DNA from: a virus
Taxonomy: Duplodnaviria; Heunggongvirae; Uroviricota; Caudoviricetes
DNA: 64,000 nucleotides
Direction: 5' to 3' (one strand)
IMG/VR virus record: IMGVR_UViG_3300031088_000735
This document shows positions 28,139-37,891 of this stretch, in pieces. A model generated the notes under the pieces. The model did no database searches and was not told where the DNA came from. It was given only the letters and a program-made list of their open reading frames with translations. The stretch's first letter is position 1. Each line of letters opens with the position of its first letter. The position numbers and the translations under genes were made by a program.

Positions 28139-28170
28139 GTGCCCGAGGTGAACTACCGATGCAGCTATAA
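28139..28170 (+). other. minigene 4 (SD + ATG CAG CTA TAA, MQL)
   Basis: GTGCCC-GAGGTGA-7 nt-ATG at 28159. Confidence 0.7.
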
Positions 28171-28205
28171 TCTTAACCTAAATCATAGAATATAATTAAG
28201 ATGAT

Positions 28206-28233
28206 AAAAACCCCGTTGAAGCGGGGTTTTTTG
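28206..28233 (+). terminator. intrinsic terminator closing tRNA-Leu/minigene unit 2
   Basis: AAAAACCCCGTTGAAGCGGGGTTTTTT. Confidence 0.85.
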
Positions 28234-28303
28234 TTTTCATTGCAATAAAATTCTTGTTTTTATATTGAATTTTTGATAAAATATTCTTTATCAATTATCG
28301 ATA

Positions 28304-28573
28304 ATGGCGGCTAAAATGAACTATCCACACTTGCTTGACAAAGTTCAGGTTATTGACGAAAACAGTATTTATTATTTGGAAACTGGTCGCGTTAGTAACT
28401 CCGTTATGAACTATTATCGCATTGTTGCTCTTGATTGTGGTTGTGTTGCTAAATTTTTTCTATGTGACATTGCTTGTAATGGTTATGGTGATAAAGAAGG
28501 TCGTTACCCTTGTATGACTAGTCTACCGTTTAAAATTTGTTATAATCATAAACAAATTTCCACTTTTTCCTAA
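28304..28573 (+). CDS. hypothetical protein
   Basis: 89 aa ORF, weak SD. Confidence 0.55.
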   Translation: MAAKMNYPHLLDKVQVIDENSIYYLETGRVSNSVMNYYRIVALDCGCVAKFFLCDIACNGYGDKEGRYPCMTSLPFKICYNHKQISTFS

Positions 28574-28660
28574 CTATTTAAGAGCGTGTACGTTGCTTTT
28601 TTCTTTTTTGAAATGACTTTATTTTTGTCCTTATTTTTGCTATAATTAGGACATTAAATC

Positions 28661-29002
28661 ATGAGGTATATTATTATGAAATCTGAATTTTGGGTGGTTT
28701 TGATATTTTTAGCTTTTATTTTGATGTTTTATGCTCCATTCATTATTCATAATAAATTTAAAAATAAAAAATTGGAAGTGAGCAAAACGTATCAGATGAA
28801 TAAATTGAATAGCCTTCCAGACTTTTCAGGGGTATTCAAACATGGTTTGGTTGTTCGAGTTGAAACTGGGATTACATTCTTTCATAATCTGATTGAACCT
28901 TCTGGGGTATTGGTTAAATCCTTTGATCCTGATTGGGAGAAAGATGATATTGACTTCTTTGCTAATAAACATGGATATAGTTTGAAATATATTGATTTTT
29001 AG
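28661..29002 (+). CDS. membrane-anchored hypothetical protein
   Basis: N-terminal TM; promoter upstream. Confidence 0.7.
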   Translation: MRYIIMKSEFWVVLIFLAFILMFYAPFIIHNKFKNKKLEVSKTYQMNKLNSLPDFSGVFKHGLVVRVETGITFFHNLIEPSGVLVKSFDPDWEKDDIDFFANKHGYSLKYIDF

Positions 29003-29031
29003 TTAAATCCATTTAATGTGATAGGTGCCAT

Positions 29032-29238
29032 ATGACTTTTGAAGTCGTTACCGAGATCGAAGACCAAGACAAGATTGTGCAAGTCAGAAAGTATCCTGAT
29101 GGTCGATATGATGTTGGTTATCTCATTGATGATTTTTTCGACGTTAAACATCCAAATGTTGGTTCTGATGGTGCTATTCGTGCTCTTGGCTGGTATCTGA
29201 CCAGTGCTTATTACAAACTTTCTAAAACTAAACCTTAG
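29032..29238 (+). CDS. hypothetical protein
   Basis: AGGTG SD. Confidence 0.7.
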   Translation: MTFEVVTEIEDQDKIVQVRKYPDGRYDVGYLIDDFFDVKHPNVGSDGAIRALGWYLTSAYYKLSKTKP

Positions 29239-29305
29239 CATACATCTTTACCAACATTGTCTTTTTTGGTATAATTAATCAACACCATTTAATAGGGATC
29301 TTATT

Positions 29306-29542
29306 ATGCGTAGAAATCATGAAGCTATCAACAAAAAATGTGAACTTTTGGCACGCTTGGGTTTCGAAATTGAACATGAAGATTCTCGGGTTAGCTTCAA
29401 TGGACAAACTTTCGATTTTTCGGCCATTGCTTGTGATGAAGCTTCCATCATGAAAACAGCTCTCAATATCATGTTCGAACATGGTCGTGAGCAAGGCAAG
29501 CAAGAAATTCGTGAAGGCTTTAAAGCCCTGATGGAAGGCTAA
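29306..29542 (+). CDS. hypothetical protein
   Basis: AGGGA SD, promoter, terminator. Confidence 0.75.
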   Translation: MRRNHEAINKKCELLARLGFEIEHEDSRVSFNGQTFDFSAIACDEASIMKTALNIMFEHGREQGKQEIREGFKALMEG

Positions 29543-29673
29543 AACCTACGCCACAAAAAATAGAAGGGGCTTCGGCTCCTTTTTTATTGATTATTTTTCA
29601 TGTTTTTAGTTGATATTCACTTGTTTACTTGATATACTACACAACTAAATTAAAGGTATATTAGGAATTCATC

Positions 29674-30078
29674 ATGACAGAAAAGAAAAAGATTTTCTTG
29701 TTTTTGGATGACGACGCTTTTCATCCCGACAAGATCCGCCACCCACGCTACTACTACCCATTGATCGGTGCTGATGAAATCGAGAAGATCGCTTATGCAG
29801 CAGATACCGAAATCATCAAGTTTGCAACGGTAGAAGGTGCTCAGGACTACATTGAGCGTCATGGTTGCCCGAACTTCATTTCTTTCGATAATGACCTTAT
29901 GCGAGAGCTGGAAGGTGTTGATCTGGCGAAGTGGTTGGTTGAAAAAGACATGGACGATCCATCCTTTATGCCAAAAGACTTCAATTTTTTCGTTCACTCT
30001 CAAAACCCGATTGCGAAAGAACGAATTTACAGCTACTTGGGTCAATACCTGTCGATAAAAAATACACCAGCTATCTAA
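29674..30078 (+). CDS. cyclic-phosphate-processing receiver (cREC) domain protein
   Basis: LFLDD...ISFDNDL...GVDLAKWLVE...FFVHSQNP receiver-like pattern. Confidence 0.75.
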   Translation: MTEKKKIFLFLDDDAFHPDKIRHPRYYYPLIGADEIEKIAYAADTEIIKFATVEGAQDYIERHGCPNFISFDNDLMRELEGVDLAKWLVEKDMDDPSFMPKDFNFFVHSQNPIAKERIYSYLGQYLSIKNTPAI

Positions 30079-30164
30079 AAGTGCCCTTCGGGGCATTTTG
30101 TTTTGTTGCAAATAAATGTGTTTATTGATAAAATACGCTTATCAAAATCAAAGAGATTATCGAA

Positions 30165-30749
30165 ATGAGCAAACTAAATATCTCGAATGTCCGCATGATT
30201 CTCGATTCATATTCCCGACTTGACAACGCTTCTCATTTGTTTGGCTTGCCTATTGCATTCTCAAGCAGAACGAATGAAGGCTATTCGGCTTGCTACACTA
30301 TTTCAGAAGAACGATACAAACTCAAAGAAAATTACAAAATCGGTGTTGTAGGCAACCATTACATGTCTGTACCGAACGAACAATTTTATCAATCTGACCT
30401 CCGTTCATTGATGGAAAAATCGAAAAATCCACATGCGGGCTTCTATGAAATTGTCGATGCAGATTCTTTCCAAGTCGGTGATATTGTTTCGGTTGATGCT
30501 TGTCATCATAATGAAAAGTTGTTTGACCTTCCTTTGGTAATTGTTGCAGAAGACAAATCAAAACTCTACGTTAAACTTGTTATTGAATCTTTTGAAAAAC
30601 CTCCAAAGAAAAGTCTCAAAGATATAGTTACTCGAAACCCTTACTGGGATTGTGCCCATATCTTGAAAGCAGATGTGACTAAAAAATACCGCAAATTGTC
30701 TGTTGATGATGTCATTCCAGACGTTAACCGGGAAGAAGATGACGACTAA
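30165..30749 (+). CDS. hypothetical protein
   Basis: 194 aa ORF, promoter, terminator. Confidence 0.75.
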   Translation: MSKLNISNVRMILDSYSRLDNASHLFGLPIAFSSRTNEGYSACYTISEERYKLKENYKIGVVGNHYMSVPNEQFYQSDLRSLMEKSKNPHAGFYEIVDADSFQVGDIVSVDACHHNEKLFDLPLVIVAEDKSKLYVKLVIESFEKPPKKSLKDIVTRNPYWDCAHILKADVTKKYRKLSVDDVIPDVNREEDDD

Positions 30750-30859
30750 TCATCAGTATAAAAAACGTCAATTCTAGGAGCTTCGGCTCCTTTTTTGTTG
30801 ACCATTTTTAATGTTTTTGCTAGACTGTTCCCAAGATAAATCGTTTACAGGTGAACATC

Positions 30860-31051
30860 ATGACTGAATATGGTATTGCACGAAACACCAATAACCTTGC
30901 AAATGAATCAGACATTATTTGCAAAGGTCTGACCAAGGATGAAGCAGAAGACTGGATGGGCTACCATTTGGCTAATCAGGGCAGTCAAACCGAGTTCTGT
31001 ATTGTGAGCCGTGAAGTCAGTGATTGGGATCTGGCCGAAGACGCTTGCTAA
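30860..31051 (+). CDS. hypothetical protein
   Basis: AGGTG SD before ATG 30860. Confidence 0.65.
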   Translation: MTEYGIARNTNNLANESDIICKGLTKDEAEDWMGYHLANQGSQTEFCIVSREVSDWDLAEDAC

Positions 31052-31123
31052 TAGTTTTAGCTTGCGACAATTAAACAGAGATGCTATAATGTATTTTCTG
31101 TTATTCATTTGGAAGCATTCAAT

Positions 31124-31342
31124 ATGATACGTGAAATTCCAGAATTCGTTACATTAAGCCTGAAAGGTGAGAAGCCTTACAAGGAAACTCCTGAATACGT
31201 TAAGAGCCTTGAAGCCGATAATGCTCGCTGGTTGGCAGAAATCAGACGTCTTCGTGAAACCATTGCAGAAAAAAACGAAGAAATTCGTGAACTCTCAAAA
31301 TTTCAGCTTTATTGCTACAAAAATACCGACTACAAAGGTTAG
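31124..31342 (+). CDS. hypothetical coiled-coil protein
   Basis: ORF after promoter; start uncertain. Confidence 0.6.
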   Translation: MIREIPEFVTLSLKGEKPYKETPEYVKSLEADNARWLAEIRRLRETIAEKNEEIRELSKFQLYCYKNTDYKG

Positions 31343-31447
31343 TCAAAAACATCTTCTTCAAAAGTGAGCGATATTCGGAAGAAATCGCTTCTTTTTCGTT
31401 TCTGTATGGTGTATAATTACCCTATCAAAACGAACAGGTAAATCATC

Positions 31448-32044
31448 ATGGCTAAGCTTTATTTCCGTCACGCAGTTATGAACTCAGGTAAGAGCCTTGC
31501 TCTGCTGCAGGTGAACCATAACTATGTTTCCGAAGGTCGTGAAACTGTTCTATTCTCTCATCAAATCGACAATCGTTTTGGTGATGGTGTGATTGCTTCG
31601 CGTCTTGGCGTATCATCCCCAAGCATTTCCATTAACGACACTATCAACTTGTTTGATAGTGTTGCTGCCAAAGTTGCAACCGGCATGGACTTGGCTTGTG
31701 TGTTGTGCGATGAATCGCAATTTTATACCCCAGAACAAATAGACCAACTTTCAGACGTGGTGGATGAACTCAATATCCCGGTTATCTGCTACGGCTTGAA
31801 AACCAACTTTAAAGGCGAATTGTTCCCGGCTTCGAAACGGTTGATCGAACTGGCTGATAAAATCGAAAGTATTGATCAGGTTTGCTGGTGTGGTTCAAAA
31901 GCTCGTATGGTCTTGAAGTTCAACCCAGAAAATGGCGAAGTTATCCGCGAAGGTGGCAATGTTGATGTGGGTGCTGAAAGCAAATACCGCTCCGTCTGCC
32001 GCAAACACTGGAAACTTGGTATGATGTATAAACCAGCAGAATAA
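31448..32044 (+). CDS. tdk: thymidine kinase, copy 1
   Basis: MNSGKS P-loop, LCDESQF, VICYGLKTNF, C.CG zinc site, VDVGAESKYRSVCRKHW. Confidence 0.95.
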   Translation: MAKLYFRHAVMNSGKSLALLQVNHNYVSEGRETVLFSHQIDNRFGDGVIASRLGVSSPSISINDTINLFDSVAAKVATGMDLACVLCDESQFYTPEQIDQLSDVVDELNIPVICYGLKTNFKGELFPASKRLIELADKIESIDQVCWCGSKARMVLKFNPENGEVIREGGNVDVGAESKYRSVCRKHWKLGMMYKPAE

Positions 32045-32058
32045 CCATAGGAGGTTTT

Positions 32059-32565
32059 ATGAACTTGATGACTTCGATTCGTTACCATTTTGCTGATAAA
32101 GCCTACTATGCAAAAGAAAAGAAATTGAAATTGGCTATGATTGCGGATCTCGCTGTTGAGGTAACCCGCCCATACCCGTCTAAATTAAAATACCGAGAAA
32201 CAGTTTTTCATTACCACACCAGACGGCATTTTTTGAGCCTTAACCTTGTGCGGCTTATCAATGTTGTCAAACAAGAGAATAATGCTCTTTTGGCTCAATT
32301 TATTGAGCGTATTGTAGGTGATTTTGATTACAAGCCTAATGCAAATTCGTATTGTGAGCCAATGATCAGGCTTAATATTCAATCACATTCTATTTTGCAA
32401 CCTGTTGAAGAGTTTTCGGCCAAGTCCGTTGAAATCGAAATTCAAAACCAGCGGATTGAGCGTAAAATAAATCGGTGTTGTGAAGTCATCAAAACATATG
32501 ACGTAAAAGCTGAATTGCTATCACTGGTTAGTCAGCTTGAACAAGAACCTGACAGAAAATTTTAA
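32059..32565 (+). CDS. hypothetical protein
   Basis: AGGAGG SD; downstream of tdk. Confidence 0.8.
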   Translation: MNLMTSIRYHFADKAYYAKEKKLKLAMIADLAVEVTRPYPSKLKYRETVFHYHTRRHFLSLNLVRLINVVKQENNALLAQFIERIVGDFDYKPNANSYCEPMIRLNIQSHSILQPVEEFSAKSVEIEIQNQRIERKINRCCEVIKTYDVKAELLSLVSQLEQEPDRKF

Positions 32566-32663
32566 CTTTTCTGTTGTTTAGAAGAGGCTTCAGCCTCTTT
32601 TTTATTGATCATTTTTAAGTTTTTTGTTATACTCAGCTTTCAATATTTGTGGAGCATACTACC

Positions 32664-32981
32664 ATGAAACATGTGTCCGCTATTCTCTCAGCACTCTTTC
32701 ATCGGTCAGCCAGTGGCGACCTCAGTTATGCCGTACCCAGCCCACTTGAGAAAAAAGTGTTTCGTAATTTTTCCTTGCACGAAGCTCGAAATGGGAAACC
32801 TTTTCAATTGCGGGGCGGTATGCTTTTTGAAATCCTCTCGCTTGATCATCATGTTGACGATGATCCGCGTCCACGAGTTTTGATTCAAATTGAAGGTCAG
32901 CCACTGCCATTTTGCTATTACGATGATGGCATTTGGGATGAGCTTGAATATTCTGCTTATGATTTGGTCATGGTTGATTGA
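32664..32981 (+). CDS. hypothetical protein
   Basis: GGAG SD before ATG 32664. Confidence 0.65.
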   Translation: MKHVSAILSALFHRSASGDLSYAVPSPLEKKVFRNFSLHEARNGKPFQLRGGMLFEILSLDHHVDDDPRPRVLIQIEGQPLPFCYYDDGIWDELEYSAYDLVMVD

Positions 32982-33051
32982 TTTAAAACAACTAATCTTT
33001 ACAAGTTGTTTTTTAATTGATATAATAGTTATCCACAAAAGAGGACATGAA

Positions 33052-33372
33052 ATGACTCAAACTTCACAGCAAGCTGTTCAAGCAATCTCCAAAGAACAAG
33101 TTCAAGAACAAATTGATCACCGTGTTTTTCCTGATTTCGTTATTCAAGCTTTCAACGAATGTATTGCTGAATCGAAAACAAGGCATTCGAATGAAGTTAC
33201 TCAAGATGCGGTCGTTGAACGCATTATGAAACTTGGTTCTATCGAACGAGCGGCTGTTTTCTCCAACAACTATCTGGATGTGGAAGCCTTCTATCGTCGT
33301 GCGGGTTGGAGTGTTGATTTTTACAAACCGACTTATAACGAATCCACAAAAGCTTATTTCACCTTTAAATAA
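33052..33372 (+). CDS. hypothetical protein
   Basis: GAGGA SD before ATG 33052; terminator. Confidence 0.75.
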   Translation: MTQTSQQAVQAISKEQVQEQIDHRVFPDFVIQAFNECIAESKTRHSNEVTQDAVVERIMKLGSIERAAVFSNNYLDVEAFYRRAGWSVDFYKPTYNESTKAYFTFK

Positions 33373-33475
33373 GCGACATTTTCAAAAAATCATTAATTTT
33401 AGGAGCTTCGGCTCCTTTTTTATTGTTTAATTTTTAGTTTTTTGTTATAATCGAAATCTAATTATGAGGTGATGA

Positions 33476-33772
33476 ATGAAAACTCTTGATGAAATTTATA
33501 ACCAAGATCATTTGCGAACTATTGATATCTATCAGTTCAATCATTTGTTGTTTGCACTGGCTCGCAGTCAACTGAATGGTAAAATGTCTGGCTATATTAC
33601 AGATACTTGCATTCAGGAATTTGAGCCAGCACTGATCTTGATCACTGATGGTAAGCATTTAATTGTGCGACCTAACTATCCAGACCCCCGTTTCTTTGAA
33701 GCCAAGGTCGATAAAGATATGTGGGCTGAATTTGAACGGGTTGAACCTGAAAAATCTAAACCTGTTTTGTAA
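33476..33772 (+). CDS. hypothetical protein
   Basis: GAGGTG SD. Confidence 0.75.
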   Translation: MKTLDEIYNQDHLRTIDIYQFNHLLFALARSQLNGKMSGYITDTCIQEFEPALILITDGKHLIVRPNYPDPRFFEAKVDKDMWAEFERVEPEKSKPVL

Positions 33773-33841
33773 AATCTTCTTTCAGTTATTATATTTTTGA
33801 TGTAAAATAGCCATTCACAATTTATGATATTGAGGTGTCGT

Positions 33842-34147
33842 TTGAAAAAATCCTTGATGGTTGCTTCTCTGTTGGCTCTGGCTGTTTCGGTTCCTGTTCA
33901 AGCTGTTGAAATGTGCCAAGTCACGGCTTGCAACAAAATCGAACGTTTCTCGATCAATCCTATGGCTCATCTTCGTGATAGCTTTGGTGAAACCTGTTTC
34001 GAGATTACACTGCCAAAAGAGCAAGCAGTAGTGGATCGAGAACTGGCCGCAGATTCTCGCTGGTACCAAGGTTCATTCAATCCCACCAAGAAATCGGTTA
34101 CGCGGGTCAAGTCCGTGAATCAGTGTCAAGAAGTCAAATACCAGTAA
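33842..34147 (+). CDS. exported Cys-containing protein
   Basis: GAGGT SD before TTG 33842; signal peptide ending VQA; 4 Cys. Confidence 0.7.
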   Translation: MKKSLMVASLLALAVSVPVQAVEMCQVTACNKIERFSINPMAHLRDSFGETCFEITLPKEQAVVDRELAADSRWYQGSFNPTKKSVTRVKSVNQCQEVKYQ

Positions 34148-34248
34148 GTATATCGCTTCAATCCTAAACAAAAGGAGCTTCGGCTCCTTTTTTGTTGTTT
34201 AAAATTAATGTTTATGTTAAAATAGTGTCTACTTTATGGAGAAACACC

Positions 34249-34605
34249 ATGCATCAAGCCAACCAAATGCCCAGTTTTTCGTTCTTTCAAAAAATGTTCG
34301 ATTCCATCGTAACTGATCTTCGTTCTGATTTTTTTAAAGGTCAAATCACTGACACCCATTTTGTGAATGCCATGAAAGTGGTTTCCGAAATTGCAGTGAA
34401 GGCTGGCAATCTCCCATCCAGTGGTTCGATGGTTCTGCGTAATATTGAAATGTTGATGCTGGAAGAAGCTTATCTGTCGATGAAGACTGACATTCTCAGC
34501 CTTGAACCAAAATCAGAAATGGATGATTTGTTGCTGCAACAAACTGTTGAAGGTTACGACCAATCTTTCACTGTTTGGCGTCAATACATCACTGTTGTTG
34601 AATAA
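34249..34605 (+). CDS. hypothetical protein
   Basis: GGAG SD before ATG 34249. Confidence 0.75.
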   Translation: MHQANQMPSFSFFQKMFDSIVTDLRSDFFKGQITDTHFVNAMKVVSEIAVKAGNLPSSGSMVLRNIEMLMLEEAYLSMKTDILSLEPKSEMDDLLLQQTVEGYDQSFTVWRQYITVVE

Positions 34606-34623
34606 CATAGGAGCCAATAAATC

Positions 34624-34950
34624 ATGTCAGAGAATCAAGTGGTGTTGACGGTTGTAGGACTGCTTTTTTTGGCTTTTGTCTCATTTATGACATGGGTAAT
34701 GGTGCGTGGCCCCGTAGAGCGTGTGCAGGCCGATGGCACACCTTACCCAAAAGAACCGCACTGGCGGGAGCGTGAAGACTTTGTAGGGCCATTAGAGCCT
34801 TGCTACTTCTACAATTCAGAAAGTCCTGCAGGTTCCTATACCATTGCGTCTTCAAAAATCCGAAAACAAGACATCAAATGGTTTGGAGCTGACTTCAATA
34901 CTGCCGATATGAAAGCATGGCTGGCTAAGTTTGGTTATTATCATGCCTAA
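34624..34950 (+). CDS. membrane-anchored protein, paralog of 35247
   Basis: shared FVGPLEPC motif. Confidence 0.75.
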   Translation: MSENQVVLTVVGLLFLAFVSFMTWVMVRGPVERVQADGTPYPKEPHWREREDFVGPLEPCYFYNSESPAGSYTIASSKIRKQDIKWFGADFNTADMKAWLAKFGYYHA

Positions 34951-35194
34951 GTTCATAAAGGCTCTTATTTGCATGATTAAGGGCCATTTCTATCGCCCTA
35001 TGTGCGAATCAAAGACTATGTTGTCTGGTAAGTATTCGCGTTATCGAAAAACTTATTTTTGTTTTACATGCGACAGGTGTAAGAAAAAAACGAAATGGAT
35101 ACCCACCCGACAGCTTGACGCCTTCAATATCAAATATTGTCCTACATGGGGAAAGCAGGGATCTGATTCTCAAGGTTATCGAAGAAAATATTGA
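34943..35194 (+). CDS. small basic Cys-rich protein
   Basis: overlaps previous stop; CF.CDRC. Confidence 0.6.
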   Translation: MPKFIKALICMIKGHFYRPMCESKTMLSGKYSRYRKTYFCFTCDRCKKKTKWIPTRQLDAFNIKYCPTWGKQGSDSQGYRRKY

Positions 35195-35246
35195 TTAGAC
35201 AGTCTTTTCATGGTAAAATACATCGTCAATTCAATAGGTAATCACC

Positions 35247-35552
35247 ATGATCGCTCAATGGGCAACATACGCTTTTATATTTTTCACCTTCGGCGGTTCG
35301 ATCTTGCTGGTGCTTTATGTTCCGGTTCATTTCTCTAAGGTTGATTTTAAGCTTAATGATGCTCCTTATAAAACCACTTGGCCGAAAACCATCCATTTTG
35401 TTGGGCCTCTGGAGCCTTGCCGGTTTGAAGCTTACCATCACTACATGACCGCCCAATCAACGATCAGAGAAAAACAGATCGGTTTCTTCAGTGCGGCCAG
35501 TGAAGCAGAGTGGAAAAAACGCCTCTATCAAATCGGTGGTGTGATTGCTTAA
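35247..35552 (+). CDS. membrane-anchored protein, paralog of 34624
   Basis: AGGT SD; FVGPLEPC motif. Confidence 0.75.
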   Translation: MIAQWATYAFIFFTFGGSILLVLYVPVHFSKVDFKLNDAPYKTTWPKTIHFVGPLEPCRFEAYHHYMTAQSTIREKQIGFFSAASEAEWKKRLYQIGGVIA

Positions 35553-35626
35553 TCTTCAAAAAAATCGTTTTTGTTTTGTTGTGTTTGTGGTATAATGCCT
35601 TATCAAAACGAATAGAGCATAACATC

Positions 35627-36064
35627 ATGTCCGAAGTTATCGAAAATCAAGTAGTTGAGCAAACCCAAGAAAAACAAGTGTGGACGAACGATGAAGTTCT
35701 CGACTTGATGAGTGAGCTTGAAAGTGCTCTTGGCATGATGTCGCCTTACTACTCCCAATGCAACGGAGGTCAGTCGGGTTATGACTTGCTGGAACGTCTT
35801 CGTGCCAAACAAGATTTGATCGGCCCATACTTTGAAAACATCCTTCACGCAACGACTTGTAAAATCTGCCAGAAAGATTTTGGTCGTTCTAGCAAAGGTC
35901 GCCTGATGAGTGAACAGCAACAACACAGTATGGCGATGGCTCACATCAAAGACGTGCATGGTATTGAAGACTACAAAGAACGCCGTAGTCTGGTTGTGAA
36001 ACCTTACTATGAATTGGTCGAGTTTGAAAACCGTAAAGCCTATTTGGATAGCATTGCTGGTTAA
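35627..36064 (+). CDS. hypothetical protein with possible C2H2-like motif
   Basis: start reassigned; CKIC...HIKDVH. Confidence 0.7.
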   Translation: MSEVIENQVVEQTQEKQVWTNDEVLDLMSELESALGMMSPYYSQCNGGQSGYDLLERLRAKQDLIGPYFENILHATTCKICQKDFGRSSKGRLMSEQQQHSMAMAHIKDVHGIEDYKERRSLVVKPYYELVEFENRKAYLDSIAG

Positions 36065-36163
36065 TTTCAGATAACTTTATATAAGGTCACTTCGGTGGCC
36101 TTTTTTGTTGCTATAAAACTGTATTTGGTTTATAATGGCTCTATCAAATCAGGATAGTAAACC

Positions 36164-36547
36164 ATGAAAAACCTTATTGTTGTTGGTCATGAATGTAATG
36201 ATTTAGAAATGACTTATCAAGTTATCAAAAAAATTTCAATGGCACATGATGTGAATTCAATTTGTGTTGGATTTCAAAAAGATATCTTAACTTCTGTTGA
36301 ACGTCAAGCTCATATTTTTGCCAACCATCAAGACTTTGTTGTTTTCGATGCCAGTATTAATATCCCCAGACGAAAATTTTTCTCATTACCCGTTTCTCAG
36401 ATGAGTATAATTTTTGAGAGATCGAAACGATGGGCCTGTAATAACGTCCTTCTGGTTTTGCACACTGGTAATTATGACCGTTATAATCGTATTATCAAGA
36501 AGGCATTAGCTGAAAAAATGGACGTGGTGATTGTCCGAATTTTCTAA
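36164..36547 (+). CDS. hypothetical protein (possible degenerate SLOG/YspA-like)
   Basis: AGGA SD; Rossmann-like beta-alpha alternation only. Confidence 0.6.
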   Translation: MKNLIVVGHECNDLEMTYQVIKKISMAHDVNSICVGFQKDILTSVERQAHIFANHQDFVVFDASINIPRRKFFSLPVSQMSIIFERSKRWACNNVLLVLHTGNYDRYNRIIKKALAEKMDVVIVRIF

Positions 36548-36645
36548 ACATTAGCAGTATTGAAACAAGGTCACTTAGGTGGCCTTTTTGTTGTTTAATA
36601 TTTAAAATTGTAGTATAATGCCTTATCAAACATATAGGTGGTGAC

Positions 36646-37044
36646 ATGAAAAAGTTGGCCGAAGTTACTTGCGTACACTACTCTGTAGAACTCACTCATA
36701 AGCAGTTCACCGATCTGGACGCCCGCGATCAACGTGAGTTAGATAAAAATAGTCATTTTGACCTCGATTCAATTTTGAGAGGTGTTACACATGCCGAAGA
36801 AATTGAATTTAATGGACACTTTGGTGCGGCTGTCTATTTTAGTCTTCGAGCTGATTGCCTTGATGATTCTGAGGTGGTGGCACGAATGATCAAAATGTAT
36901 GCCAACAAAAAGTCGGTTGATGATATTTTTGATGAATCATTGAAATCAACTTACAATCATCGCAAAAATACAGGATTTCTTTCGGCATTCGAGGCTCGCC
37001 TTGGTCGTTATAAAGACTCTGATGGCACCGTAAAATCGCTTTAA
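36646..37044 (+). CDS. hypothetical protein
   Basis: AGGTGG SD. Confidence 0.75.
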   Translation: MKKLAEVTCVHYSVELTHKQFTDLDARDQRELDKNSHFDLDSILRGVTHAEEIEFNGHFGAAVYFSLRADCLDDSEVVARMIKMYANKKSVDDIFDESLKSTYNHRKNTGFLSAFEARLGRYKDSDGTVKSL

Positions 37045-37178
37045 TTTGTAAGCCTATAAGCGTACAGAAATCTGTTTTTTGTTAGCCTATAAGCATACAA
37101 AGTCGCTTTGATTTGTTGACATCTTTGATCAAAACCCTTAAAATCAATGCAATCATCACACATAAAAGGTTGTTTTAA

Positions 37179-37406
37179 ATGGTCACTTACATTTTCCGTA
37201 ATTCTCATGACAAAGCTATTCGTGGTTGCATTGTCGCCAAAAATGAAAAGGAACTGTTTGATTTGATCGACCACAATGAAAACCCTTTTGCTTTTGAGTT
37301 CATCAAAACAGACGATAAGATCTTCTGGATACCTGACCATGCTACTTGGTCTGTTTTCAAACCGATGAAAAACTTTTATGAAAACCCAACATTGATTAAA
37401 CTCTAA
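37179..37406 (+). CDS. hypothetical protein
   Basis: AGGT SD. Confidence 0.65.
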   Translation: MVTYIFRNSHDKAIRGCIVAKNEKELFDLIDHNENPFAFEFIKTDDKIFWIPDHATWSVFKPMKNFYENPTLIKL

Positions 37407-37513
37407 TCATTATTCATGAGTAATAGCCTGATTAATTTCGGGCTTTTTTGTTTTTTATATGGCTTCATTTTTCTTAATGTGTTATCATTCGTTTATCTTT
37501 TTAGAGTTGGCTT

Positions 37514-37891
37514 ATGAACCTTTATCAAGCTATCAAAAACTTTATTCTTGCGGCCATTATTTGTCGTAAGTACAATTTGGCTTACAAGCCTTTTTGCACG
37601 TTTAATGACAGTGAATATAATTATATCTACAGGCATATTAAACTCAATCCTTTTCATCCAGAGTTTAGTTCTATTCTTTTTCATGAAGTGGGTCATCATG
37701 TTCATGATAAAATGGTTGATTATAACACTTTCTTCAAGATAACGCCGCATTCAATGAAAGGTGTTACTTATAATGATGAGCAAGACTACTATAAGCTGAT
37801 GGAAGCTGAAGCCTTTGCCAGTCGATTTGCAATGAAGACAGGTAGAGCGGATAAAGCTTTTCTGGTGTATGCGTTTAATACTTACAGCTAA
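37514..37891 (+). CDS. HEXXH zinc metallopeptidase-like (ImmA/IrrE-type)
   Basis: ILFHEVGHHVH and downstream EAEAFASRFA. Confidence 0.7.
   Translation: MNLYQAIKNFILAAIICRKYNLAYKPFCTFNDSEYNYIYRHIKLNPFHPEFSSILFHEVGHHVHDKMVDYNTFFKITPHSMKGVTYNDEQDYYKLMEAEAFASRFAMKTGRADKAFLVYAFNTYS

Noticed and set aside
26646-28170. GTGCCAGAGGTGAGC repeats as a CRISPR array or HDV-like (theta) ribozymes
   Set aside because: Only two units per locus, spacing ~101-107 nt, no cas genes; I could not fit the nested P1/P2/P3 pseudoknot and they are not adjacent to the tRNA 3' end. The SD-ATG-stop reading fits all four copies.
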